Source: Marsupella aquatica
Taxonomy: Eukaryota; Plantae; Marchantiophyta
Length of the DNA: 64,000 nt
Reading direction: 5' to 3'
NCBI GenBank assembly: GCA_973895155.1
Contig: OZ316896.1
Location: 20,652,152-20,716,151 of the forward strand
Shown here: one piece after another, positions 1 to 12,109 of the stretch
Numbering within the stretch: position 1 is the first letter of the stretch
How the letters are laid out: each line of letters starts with the position of its first letter
Position numbers and translations under genes: made by a program
Notes under the pieces: generated by a model
Seen by the model: only the letters and a program-made list of their open reading frames with translations
Told to the model about the DNA's origin: nothing
Databases searched by the model: none

Positions 1-368
1 ATAATGTCCTCTCAACATCCAGGGTAAGTCTTCTCCCTGAGCTGGTTGTAAGTAAACTAAAGCACCATTCTGTCTCAGCTCCTTAGACCACAGGATGAGC
101 CTCTAAGCCTCCCAATAGTTTACACACAACATCGTCATCCAACAGATGACCACGGATGAAATCGGAATGCACAAGAAAAATGGGCCAAGTTGAAAAATAA
201 TTTGTCTGTTGACTTCCACAGCGAACGTCTCCTGTGTATTCCATTCGAGAGCATCATCAAAAAGAAGTGAAGTAAATGACCAATGGACTATTTCTATCAA
301 ACGGGAAACGAATCAGGACTGGAAACGGGGGGGGGAAGGAAAAAAATTGACGGACTTACGAGAAAATC

Positions 369-500
369 TAGACAAAAGTTGTCATGCGCCTCGAAGATTA
401 TCGGGGAACCGAGCTACTGTAAAACACACTGACGTTACGTGATAAATTAGACAAAAATTGTAATGGGTCTCGAAGTTTGGCATCGGGAACGGAGCTACTT
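369..500. repeat. Degenerate ~80-bp tandem duplication
   Basis: agacaaaagttgtcatgcgcctcgaag..ggaaccgagctact recurs as agacaaaaattgtaatgggtctcgaag..ggaacggagctact. Confidence 0.7.
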
Positions 501-1567
501 GATGTTGACAAAGTCGCTCCTGGCCTTGCCGAGCCCTCCGGGCCTTCGTTCTCATCTATCTAGTCGAGCAGGTTCACAGTTGCAAGGCAATCCTCCTTAG
601 TCTCAACAATACGCGTAAAACCTTTTACGCTAGCTGGAAGTATTATTATTATATATGTTTCCATTTTTTTTGGCTTGAAAGGAAATGGGGAAGAAATACA
701 ATTAGACTCCCCCCACCACCCAGACCAGGGTGAGCCCCAACGGATCAGACAGGACCCCCACCAGGAAAGAGAGAGTATTAAATCAGGGCCACAAAGTGAG
801 CACCCAGGGGCACCGTGGCATAAATCTATAGTTTCCGTAGCTCGGGAAAGGAAAGTCTTGAATGAATGGGTTATATCGATTGACGACGGAAGTAGATGGA
901 AGACGACCTTCCAGAAATTAAGCTACAAAGAGTGCCTTTTCAGATCGAGACCGCGTTAGAGGACCTTTACGTACAGGAGCTGCGAATGCCCGCCCTCTAG
1001 CCAAGTTCTGTGGGTTTCAATCAGAACGTTCTTAGGTCGAAATACAGAAGCTCGAAATTTTTCATCAAATCTGAATCAGCCCAGCTCTTGAGCACTCTCT
1101 AGAAATCCTTGACACATTCCCTAAAACGCTGTGGGGTTGTCACACGTTTCTTATCTGTTTTCTCCGCTGTAGGAGATGGATGCCCAGGCCCGTGCCCAGC
1201 AGAGAGCACACCGGGTGTGTGTTACTTAACGCTTACAAATTCGGGCTCCGAGGAGATCGGAGATTCGATTGGTTGATCAGGACGGTCGGCATGCATTTCT
1301 TGCAATTTACTTTTCCGGCTTTTGCGAAGAACTTTCTACTGTCTTGTCAGAGTCCCCTTGAGTCGTTCATGCCGGGATATTTAGTCGTTCCTATATATGG
1401 GGCTCTCCTGCCGCTAGACTTGCATCAAATCAATTGCTTGTGGTAAACCAGGAGTCCGAGAAGTGCCTACTGATGGTGCTTGATTTCCTGTGCCAACCTG
1501 CTCCAGTCGTTTGGCCGGAAAGGGAAGCCTTCTTCCTGATAGTGAAACTACAGTAAGGTCCAAGCCA

Positions 1568-4500
1568 ATGCAGCAACCGGTCGCCGAAAGCATTGGTGGG
1601 GCTCAGAATGAAATTGAAGATACGAAGCCGACGCTGCTGCCGGCCACCGGCAAAGTTGAGGAAGCCGAGGCCTCTACGGGAAGGCAGCAAATTTTACCGT
1701 CGAACACGATGTCCACAGATTTTGAAGAGCTTTGTACCCTTCTGAAACGCAACCGGCTCGGAGATGTTGACGAGCTGCAGGAGGTTTTGAAAGTTATCGA
1801 GAAGGTGCGTGAATGACAATTTAAATTACAGTCTGATCAGAGTCCGCCTCTCTCTAGATCTCATTTTCCGTTAGTGGTGTGCCAATGACTGTAATGCCCT
1901 CACCCATGGAAAGGGGCATGAGTCAGTCTTGACAGGCACTAACACTCCCTCAATATAGAAAGTATTGAATCGAGAGGGAAGAAATTGTCCATGCGAACAG
2001 CCTCAAAGTAAACTGACCGGTGAAATTCAAAAGTTCTTATGTTTCGCAGAAGAGTCTTCTTTTGCCCAATCGAAGGTCCATGCTACAGAAATGCTCAAAA
2101 ACTGGCCGTGAATGTCTCGGTTGATCTCTGTCCTGAAGAAGAAACCTCCGATGTTGGCTGCCATTTGGACCGCAGGCAATTCAAGAAGCGAACGAGGAAG
2201 CGGAGTCGACAAAAGCAAACAAGAAGTCGTCGAAGAAAAAGTGGATGAAGGAGGAAGCAAGCTGAAGAAAAAAGTGAATGAAGAAGGAAGCAAGCTGATG
2301 AGCAAAGTGATAATTGAAAGTACCAACGATACAGACAAAGTCGACAAAGCCATCAAAGGAGACAGCAAACGGCTGTACAAAGTGACTGGCATCGTGGACT
2401 ATGCAGAGGAAATACTGCAAAAATTCAGTGAAATCGGCTATAAGCCGACCTCGGTAATTACTGTCTTTGGGTTCTTGATTTTGTTTTCTCTCCCTCTGAG
2501 TTTCAGGTTTAGATCACAATGCCTGGTGTATGAGATGATAGATCATTTGAAGCCTGGACTAGAAATCATGGATTATCTGCCTGTGGAAATGCTCAAAGCA
2601 TCCCTCACTCCTTGTTCAGCCAATAGATCGTCAACACAGATCACTGTTCACAGGAATGACTCTGGCATCAATTCACAGCATTTCATGTACCCCCAGAGGA
2701 AGCTCCCTGGCTCTCCAAAGCTAGAATTCTGGCATCCAGTCAACAGGAGCTCTCCAGCCACTAACTATATGTGTTCTGGAATGACAGACTTCTCGAAACA
2801 TGGCAAGTGAATCATATACTCTACTACAACAATGTCTGAGAGGAATTGGAAAGGTGCACTATGCTGCTGTAGCGCTTTCAATGGTTGCATATGTTTTAGA
2901 GCGAGTAAATTTGGTCAGCGACAATTCTGGAAAGTGCTTGGCTCTTCTGGAACGCATGTTAGAGCTTGGGAAGTGTATGGTCAAAGCGTATCCATTTCTC
3001 TCAGGAGATGGTGACCTGCTGCAGAAGGTTCTCATAGCGACAATCAAGGGGGTCTCCTTCTGTTGTAAATACACAAAGAGTGGCGCCTTGATAAGGTATC
3101 CGGATATGTGTTAACCCGCTTTTAGAATTAAAGCTCGTGCATTCTAGGGCAAATATTTTCTTGGAAGCGGGATTTTCGCCAAGGTCATTGTGGATTTGTA
3201 TGGATTTAATTGATTCTTCAAGCGAATTCTAATGGTTTTCATTGTTTGTCTTGGATTGCCAGATTTGGCCTTGCAACTGTAAATAAGGAGCAAATTGATG
3301 CTCTCTGTAAGAAACTGAACGAATTATCTGAGCAGTTTACAAATGCAAGTCTGGTAGCTCTTCTGAAGAGCATGGAGAGGACCGAGATGTCTGTTCAAGT
3401 GGTTCAAGTGAGCCAAACGTCTCTCAGTAACCAAGTGACAGAGTGGTCTAAGCAGGTTCCAACACTATTACCAAATACTCCTGTGGCTCCAATGGAGGGT
3501 GAGACGTCTCTTAGCAAGAATATGACACAGTGTGAGTTGCGGGAAAACGCAATAATCAACTCTTTCAAACCGACGTTATGCGTTATATCTTGTGCAGATA
3601 GCTGGGCTCCCTATCGCTCAATTACTTTTTAGTTATCTTGTAGTGTCTGGACTGTACACATTATTTTAGGTGATTTGTTTTCCCATCTAGAGCAACCCCT
3701 CATCATTCTTGTACTAGTGTGTGTCTTGACTTGCCTCTCAACTGTACTTGACTTGAAGAGAAGGTGAATGCTATCTTGGGGTTCTAGATAAAGGTTGGAC
3801 TTAGCAAGTGTGTGTTCTCGTCTTGCAGGGTATGGATTACCAGAGGCGTCTGCCCAAGAGAAAGAATATTCCAATCTTGTGGTAGCAGACAGCTGTTCAG
3901 TCTCTAAATTGGTGAGTGAAGTTGCCAAGAGGATCTCGGTCCTCAAGGGACTTCCTTGCAAACATTGCCAGAATCTCTCTTGTAAAAGCGCGAGATTTCA
4001 TCTGAGACGAGCTCTTTCTCATATTCCATGGTCATTTGACCCATCATTTAATCATCAGTTATGCACTTTTTATGGGCTTTATCAATAGTTACCTTTTTTC
4101 CTTCCCAATTTGAAAAAATCTAGACCACTCCAATTCTTGGAACTGCAGGAGAAAGCAAGGATAGAAAACAAAACTTCTGTGGGAGGTGCTCGCCCTCAAA
4201 ACTTCCAGCGTCTACCCCAGCACATGACTGACATGCACGGTGAAGAAGAAAAAATCCTAAGCAAGCTGGAAAGTGTGACAACACTAGGCTTGGTTGGCAT
4301 GGGAGGACTAGGGAAGACCACGCGAGCAAAGGCGATCTTCAACATTTTGGGGCCCAAGTTTGATTATACTTGCTTTGTTTCAGACGTGAAACTTATCAAA
4401 GGGAGGGAGGATGATGTGAAGGAAGAGTTGTGGAAATGTTTGCATTTCCAAGGTAAGAAGGTTGGAGGAGATCGCAATTTGTCTATCTTGAGGGGTAAAC

Positions 4501-6992
4501 AATTGCTCCTGGCTTTGGATGACGTCTCTGATCGTGATATTAATGTTTTACTTGACTTAGCTGAAGATACAGATCCAGCAAGCCGCTTCATTTGGACGTC
4601 TCGTGAGCATGACATTTTGAAGGACGTGGGCGCAATTCACGAGGTCCATTTCATGGCTGAGAACCATGCTAAATTGTTATTCATGAAGCATGCGTTTCCA
4701 GAGCCAACAATGCTAGATGTGGAGCTGGAAATTCTTGTTGAAGACGTTGTCAGGAAATGCGATGGGCTGCCTCTAGCCCTAGAAGTGGTGGGGAAGTACC
4801 TACGGGGGAAAGAGAAGCACGAGGTCTGGAAAGATACTCTAAGTGTGTTACAGAGGGCAGAAAAAGTGAAAAATTTGAACGAAAGATTATGGACACGGTT
4901 GAGGCTGAGTTTTGACAGCCTTGGAGAGAAGGAGCAGGAGATGTTTTTGGATGCCACAAACTTCTTTTGTGAGAGCTGGGTCTGGACATTGGGTAAAGCC
5001 AAACTGGCATGGAGAGCAGCTTATGGAGAGGTGAGTGAGCTACTGTGGCAAACCTTGGTAGATATGTCTCTTGTCTATGATGTGGGAGAGGATGACCGTA
5101 TCAAGGTGCATGAGCAACTTCGAAGTGTTGGAAGAATGATTGCATCTGAGCCTGAGCACAACGGCAAGTACCAGGTTTGGATGTGCAATAGAAATGGGGA
5201 AGTTGAGTTGCTTGGAACATCAGATGCATCGCATGGAAAGGTATTTAATTAAAACATCTTAGTTTGCAATTCGCATCCATTAGCCAAGATTCCAAGTAAA
5301 AATTTGCAATAGTTTACATTTGAACTGGGTCAGTTTTTGGCAAAGGGTTTGTTGAAGTGGGAATGAGTGCCATGTGTGGCTCTTTTTCTTCTTTTCTTTG
5401 GGGCCCCCAGTCATGTCATGTAAGATGGGTGCAAGCACCTCCATGGAAAAATGCTAACCTAGGCAGCATCTGGGCAGACGTGTTTGGGTGGTTCAATAAA
5501 TCTGAGGAGACACAGAAGGCGAGTTTGTTTCAATTGCTGATCCTCTTGACCCAAAAGTTGCGGTAGTTTTAACCTAAAGGTTCTTTTCATTTGGAATTGC
5601 AGGAAGTTCGTGCCCTGCAGGTCCACCATGAGAATGGGGTTATTCAGGTCCAGAGTTCAAGGATGTGTTTCCAGAATACGAGGAAGTTGCGGTTCCTGGA
5701 AATGAACGACGAGATTCAGATTGTTGGAGCGACGAATGATACATCGCTACCAACCCAGCTTGTCTTGCTGAGCTGTCATGGTCGGGGTCTCTTCAACCCT
5801 GCCCTCCAAAAAGATCTGGTTGTTTTGAAACTATGGGGCATGGAGGACGTGCCGACTTCTATTGGGCAGCTCTCCAAATTACACCATCTTGAAATAAAAT
5901 TGAATGGCGCAAGATGTCATTCCCTACCCAGATCATTCGGGCAACTCAGCGCGTTGCGACACCTTAGATTGGGATCTTGTGAGGGCTTGCAAAGCTTGCC
6001 CGAGTCATTCGGACAACTCAGCGCTTTGCGAGACCTTACATTCCGTGAATGTGCTGATTTGGAAAGCTTGCCTGAGTCCTTCGGGCAACTCAGCGCTTTG
6101 CGATACCTTAAATTCGATTGGTGCAGGTCACTCAGAAGCTTGTGTGAGTCATTTGGACAACTGAGGGCATTAGAGCGCCTTGAATTCGACAGCTGTGATT
6201 CGTTGGGACGCTTGCCTGAATCCTTCGGGCAACTCTCTGCCTTAAACCATCTTCAATTCACATGTTGCGACAGCTTGAAACTCCTCCCTCAATCTTTCGG
6301 ACAAGTCGCCAGCTTAGAATATCTTTCATTTCAGTCCTGCTCAATACAATCTCTGCCCGAATCTTTTGGGCAGCTCTCCGCTCTAACCCGCCTTTTGTTC
6401 TGCGCCTGCCCAATAAAATCTCTCCCCGAATCTTTTGGGCAGCTCTCCGCTCTAACCCGCCTTTTTTTCTCCTTCTGCCCAATAAAATCTCTGCCTGAAA
6501 ATTTTGGACAACTCTCCAGCTTAGAAAGTCTTTCAGTCACCTCCTGCCAGATAGAATCTCTGCCCGAATCTTTTGGGCAGCTCTCCGCCCTAACCTCCCT
6601 TGTATTCGCTGCTTCGCCCTTTGGCCACACATCCTCAAGGACTCGGCCAAACATCTCAACTCTACTAAATCTCCGATATCTGCAATTGTGGGATTATTCT
6701 GTCACGACTATTCCGGGCTGCGTCAGGAGCTTGAAGTCATTGCGCTGTGTAGAGATCATTATGGATGGCAAAACCTATTGTCGACTGGCCCCAATGGTTG
6801 GTGGACAGTCGAAACGTGGAGGTTTCCAATCACCAGGGACTGGAAAACATCTACCAAATTTTCCACGTGCGCGACGGAATTCTTTTACTAATTGAGAAGG
6901 GTCCAGGAATGAATTACTATTCGCAAGACCTTGATGGGTTCTTCCATGCAAATAATCTCAAGACCGACATATCCAAGCTTCTGGACCTTTGA
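1568..6992 (+). CDS. NLR immune receptor: N-terminal extension + MLKL/Cbl-N-like 4-helix domain + NB-ARC + LRR; possibly pseudogenised (apparent frameshifts near 2215 and 6770)
   Basis: GT-AG exons predicted at 1568-1804, 2176-2453, 2788-3095, 3263-3498, 3829-3911, 4149-5240 and 5603-6992, with compatible phases from exon 2 onward. NB-ARC motifs: P-loop GMGGLGKTT (4296), kinase-2 LLLALDDV, RNBS-B SRFIWTSR, CDGLPLAL, RNBS-D EMFLDAT, MHD-equivalent VHE (5106). About 10 LRR units of type LPESFGQLSALxxLxF (5920-6610). Confidence 0.93.
2788..3400 (+). other. NLR N-terminal four-helix-bundle domain (MLKL/MCAfunc/Cbl-N-like CC), exons 3-4
   Basis: Amphipathic helices MASESYTLLQQCLRGIG..AAVALSMVAYVLERV..NSGKCLALLERMLEL..LQKVLIATIKGVSFCCKY..IRFGLATVNKEQIDALCKKLNEL. 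The N-x3-C-x2-L-x2-R pattern is typical of MLKL-like 4HB domains. Confidence 0.6.
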
Positions 6993-7396
6993 CTTGTCAA
7001 TAGAAATTAAGGGATCAAGTCTGTCTTGAGACAAGGCACCAGACAGCACAGTCAGCGCGCACAGATTGGTGTACTTGTGGCAGTTTCGCCACAAATCCTC
7101 CATAGTAGTCTGTATTATTTATTGTAAAGGCTGATGTGTAGAATGGTTTTTAAATTTTAAATACACGTATGATCGTTGTGCAACAAATGTCTATGGTATG
7201 GACTCCCAAACCGAGATGTTGCTGAAATTCGAGTATTACATGGCAATTTTCGTCTAGGAGTTCATGTCTGCTCCAGTTCTTACTGTTATTTTCTTCACTT
7301 GTACAACAGAGATCGTTGAGATATACGCTACTCATGTGACACCTGCTAGAACTGATAGTCACTCCGTTTCTTAAGAAAACTTGCTGGAGACTGCAG

Positions 7397-8144
7397 ATGC
7401 AAAATAAAATTCCTTGCTACCCCGATGACCGCCCTGCCCAGGCGAACTGCCTTGAGACTGGCAAGGGATTCAGCACACACGCCTCCAGTAGGGAAGGTTT
7501 AGCAAACACATTCGAACAAAATTTACCGCAAGTCTGCACGCTACGAAAGAAGTTTACGACGAAGAGGAAATTTTGAGGTCACTAAACCACCACGTATGGC
7601 TGAGCGAGGTATGACTTTCAACTCCACGATGGCCAGGATTTCAGTACTTTTTGGACTTTACATCACACTGATTGACAAGAAAAGCGTCTCCCGGAGCGTC
7701 TCATGGCATGCTTGAACTCACCATTGTTATGACTAGACCTGCTGGCATTTATTTCTATTTCAGGTCGACAAAAGCATGTAGGCACAATGATAAGAGAATT
7801 TGTACATCCTAGACGTTACCTCAGAGTGGAATGAAACAGTGGAAGTCATAAGCATTTTAAGACCTTTAGCTGAAGTAGCACTCAAGGCCAGTGACGGTAA
7901 AAGACTGTCAAAATTTTCCCTTCTCCGAAGTCTGTACGGTTGTTCCACATTTCAGATCAGGCCAACTGCCCACGGAGATTCCTGGTTTACTGAGGGTGCC
8001 AGGAATTGGACAGAATTGTGCCCCCCAAATTGTGGCCCCGGAAATGACTTCATGAAGTTCAGCACTCCGACGTCATTTCATTTTGTTGACGGTGCTGAAC
8101 ATGATTTTCTTCCATTGAAAATGAACTTAGGTAACAAACTATGA
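7397..8144 (+). pseudogene. Possible degenerate spliced gene fragment downstream of the NLR
   Basis: Splice-like sites ctgcag| (7396), gag|gtatga (~7608) and tttcag| (7763), plus a protein-like 114-aa ORF at 7800-8144. No family recognised. Confidence 0.25.
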
Positions 8145-11100
8145 ATTGGTGTGTTGTGTTTACCTTAAGGCATCGTAGGCATCCATGAAAAAACACGAAC
8201 TTGCTTAGGATCGCAAGTGTTGCAAGGGTCGCTGCCAAATAAATTTCCATCAAGCGATCATCGGCCTGATTCACAGGTTCTCGAGGTCTGAAGATTAGTT
8301 AAAATTCGCACATCACCATCATCTACTGCATTCACTAGTTGGATTACTGAGCGCTTCAGATTAGTGACCCTGAAACACAACTGAATCACCGACCGTCCCT
8401 GTGAATCCCTCCCATTACGACCCACCACTGAACTGTTTGAGTAAGAACCAGCGAGGCAAGCATCGATCAGTGCGTTGCTTGAGTGCTCTTACGGTGGACA
8501 CTATTGAAATTCCATAAAATTTCCTGTATATATGAACGCTGCCCTCTCACGAAGAACCTTCGACAGTGAAATCGATCCTTTCAGCATGAATCAGTGCTCT
8601 TACCAATCCGTGTCGATGCCACTGGTTAGATCTAAAAATCGAGCATGATCTCAGGATAAGTACAATGACTAGCTAGAAAATATGGATAATTCTACGCCCA
8701 GTTCTACATCAGTCCCGCTTCGGGTCCCGCTTATGCCGACGAGATCACTGCCGTCAAACACTTTTTTCTGGCCAATTCAGCTCGATCTCCGCTAGTCAGA
8801 GACATTGCAACAAAGTAGAATCCACCCTTTGTTATCTTTGCAATGTAGTTGGAAAGGGCCTTTGTTTGCATTTCACCAATTCAGGCCACTAGCTTTCTGA
8901 AGTGCAACATGTTTTGCACTTCTGAATGTACATTTTCCATAGTAATAAGTCTCGCAAGTTGCAACGCAATGCCATAAGTCCTAAGTCATATCAAGACGGG
9001 CACCTCAGGGAAAAGTTAGAACAAGGGAGATATAGAATCTTACTATAAAAGCGGGAACAAAATCTACTAGGGTCTAGGGTGAAGACTCTAGAGGGTAACC
9101 TTTCACAAAACAAAAGTGATCATGAGTCTCAACAAACAAAAATATGTTGATTTCAAATAAATAGAAAATTCCTTTAAAAAATAAAAATAAATTTGAAATA
9201 AGGGTGAAAAAAAGACAAGGATGGAAAATTTAATTATGTAAAATTAGTTTTCTTCATATGTATTTATGTTCAAGGAAGGGGTAAACTATCTATTTTCAAG
9301 GAAGGGGTAAACTGGTTAACATACATGAGTGAGCTAAGACAGATGATTAACATGGAGTAGAGCCCGCAAGTGGCATAAGCCACTACCAGCCGATGCATCG
9401 ATGGCATGAGAAAACTTTGATAGAGAAAACTTTGAGAGGAAATGATTATAAGTGGGGTCCCATTCCCAGAGTCCTCAAATGAGCATCAAAAGCGTAATTG
9501 TCTACAAAGATAATTGCATGCAAAGTCTCCACCTGCTCTATGTGGGCCAGGCCAGTATCCTTTTCATGTGCCTTTTTCTTATACCACAGCTGCATGTTTA
9601 AATGGGCCCCTACCAGTGTTTCCTTTTTGGCATATTTAACACATTTGCTAGGAGGTGAAGTGGCTTGCCAATGATACAGATAGGTTATAACAACCATTTA
9701 GTGACTTATTTGACATAATCAATTGTCCAAATTTGATCCTACATAGATTTTACGTGCTATAATGTGACCGTACAGTAAAATACAAAATGTTTGCAGACAG
9801 AGACATCTTAACTCCGCATACGTCCTCCTGCTGAATTTATAAAAAGGAAACATGTGCCCCCACCCTGCCCGGTCATTGTTCTCTCCTGCCAAAGTGAACG
9901 GTGCCCTCCCTCTCTGCTCCATGCCCTACCTCAACTAGTGCCTCCCATTTTCAGCTAATGAAAACGTAGGGATTCATTTTTCAAGTTAGTGTTTCTGGAA
10001 GCCATTCTTTTAACTGGTTGTAGATCTCGCCAATATCTATGTTTTGCGCAATACACCTACCCTGTGATGAACAGATGAGATGACAGTGAGGGCCTAAAAT
10101 TCCCCAAAATGACAAAAATTGTCTGAAAACAGGCCATGTAAGCCTCCCCACTATCTGGGGCAGTGGAAAAGTATATCTGGGCAGTGGAGTCTTCACTTAA
10201 CTGTCTGCCACCCACTGCCCATTGCACTTCATCAACCCAGGCAGCAGGATGTAAATTTGGGCCCTGTATATCTTGCTCAATTGCCTGCTGCCCACTGCCC
10301 ATCCTAGTCAACTTTTCCTGATTAAAGATATATATAAATAATAGGAAAAAGACCAATGGGAGAGAGGAAAAATATTACACTGGGTTCCTGCGCCATTACA
10401 AAGAATAAGACGATCTTTTTGGGCTTCCTGGGCAGCATTTTTAAAGTGCGAAAAGTAGCCATATTTGACCCCAATGAAAAGTATTTGCCGCTTTTGGTAA
10501 AAAGTAGCCAACTGTTTGCCTTGGTTTAGCCACTTTCCCACCGAGCACATACTCCATTGGCAAAGAATCCCACGGTTATCCTTAAATCTAGGGCCATCTA
10601 ACAGTCAAAACTCAATCTAGAAAAATCACATGAAGAATTTCGGTGGAATCTTCTACTTCCCCACAGGTGTACATTTACATTCGCCACTCCTGCGAGAAAA
10701 GAAAAAGGAAAAAGCTTAAGAATACGCCTTTGTGCCTGGCCCCACGTTTAATTCTTTATTGCTCAGTAACGTTTCTATTTCAATACCAAAGAAAATAAGA
10801 CCACAGGAGGTGCCACGAGAGCAGGTAAATTTTCGTCTAAAGGGAGTGTGGGGGCAATCGGAGAAATTAGACCTTTACCGACCTCCCAATGGGACACTCA
10901 CCACCACACGAAGTCGGTTTCGTGGGCCACCCTGACGGGGCGTACGGCTCTCCCTGCCCTCACGCTAAGCGCACAGGGGGCTGAGTAACCTTATCACTAC
11001 AGTTAATCGCGACAGTCCGCTACAGAAGGCGGTTACTCAATGTTTCCATTGGATCTTCGCTCTGACCGATGCTAATTCTATTCTTCCGCTGCTCATAGAT

Positions 11101-11583
11101 CTTCTATCCGCTGGTTCCTTCACTTCCTGGAGAAGTAAATTGCATCAGTTGGCGTTTTTTTACCGGAAAGTTAATAAGTTACAGTCATGTCATTCACGGA
11201 ATTTTCGAATGATTGAAAAAAAAAGCCCCAAAAGTCTCTTGAAGATCTCTCAAATCTGAAGGCGTCAAGAGAAAGCATCGACGGCTGAAAAATCATGATA
11301 GTTTCTGTGAAACAGATAAAGCGTTATTTTGTCCAATCGCATTTCTGCACGAGACGTAAACCAGACCAGGTCGAATGGGGCAAAACATGTGCGGATATTA
11401 ACAAATAAAATCTCCACTCCAGACAAAAAAAACAAAGGAAACATGGGCGAATATCCGCTTGATGACGTGATTATTCACTGAGGTGTATTTTACACACTGT
11501 AGAACTGTCGTGTCAGGTATGTCTGAAGTTAGTTTCATAACGTCCGTCAGATGGCGTATCGACGGAGGGCGCTAATGTTGCAG

Positions 11584-11710
11584 TGGATAAGGTCGAGTGA
11601 AGCGCAATCCTCCATGGCATGAGAGTTTTCCAGCTTTCCTCGTTTAACCGTCGATGTTCATTATAGAGGGTCCAGATCTTAAGATTCTGGGAATCTCCTT
11701 ATATAAATAT
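11584..11710 (+). promoter_or_regulatory. Putative promoter of the plastid-protein gene (I-box GGATAAGG ~11585, TATA ttatataaat ~11699)
   Basis: Motifs lie ~400 bp upstream of ATG 12110, followed by a GA-rich 5'UTR-like segment; TGACGT at ~11463. Confidence 0.4.
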
Positions 11711-12109
11711 TAGTACCGCCTTCAAACGGTAGAGAAACTTGGAAAATGTTTTGACCGGGATGGTGGGAGTAAAAACGTCTCAAGATCCTTTGGTCCGTGC
11801 GTTTCTTCATCGGCTAAAAGGACGAATGAGTGGTCCGAGGATTTGGGGGGTAGACGAAACAGGATGAGGGAGAACCAGAGAGAAGAGAGTGAGAGAGCAT
11901 TTTTCAGCTCCACACCAGAAGAGAATGGAAAGTTTATCCCGTTCTCATACTCAATTCCTCGCTCAATTGAAGTGAGTGGATCGATTCGCGGGTGGGATCG
12001 AGGCGGAAGCATTCCTGGACCAGAAACGCAATTCGTGAAATCGTTTAGAAAGAAGAGAATTGGAAGGAAAACCCACAAGAACAGACACAAATTACACTAG
12101 AGTTTAGCT

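Noticed and set aside
6331-6654. Repetitive minus-strand ORF (AESCPKDSGRD)n
   Set aside because: Antisense shadow of the LRR repeats.
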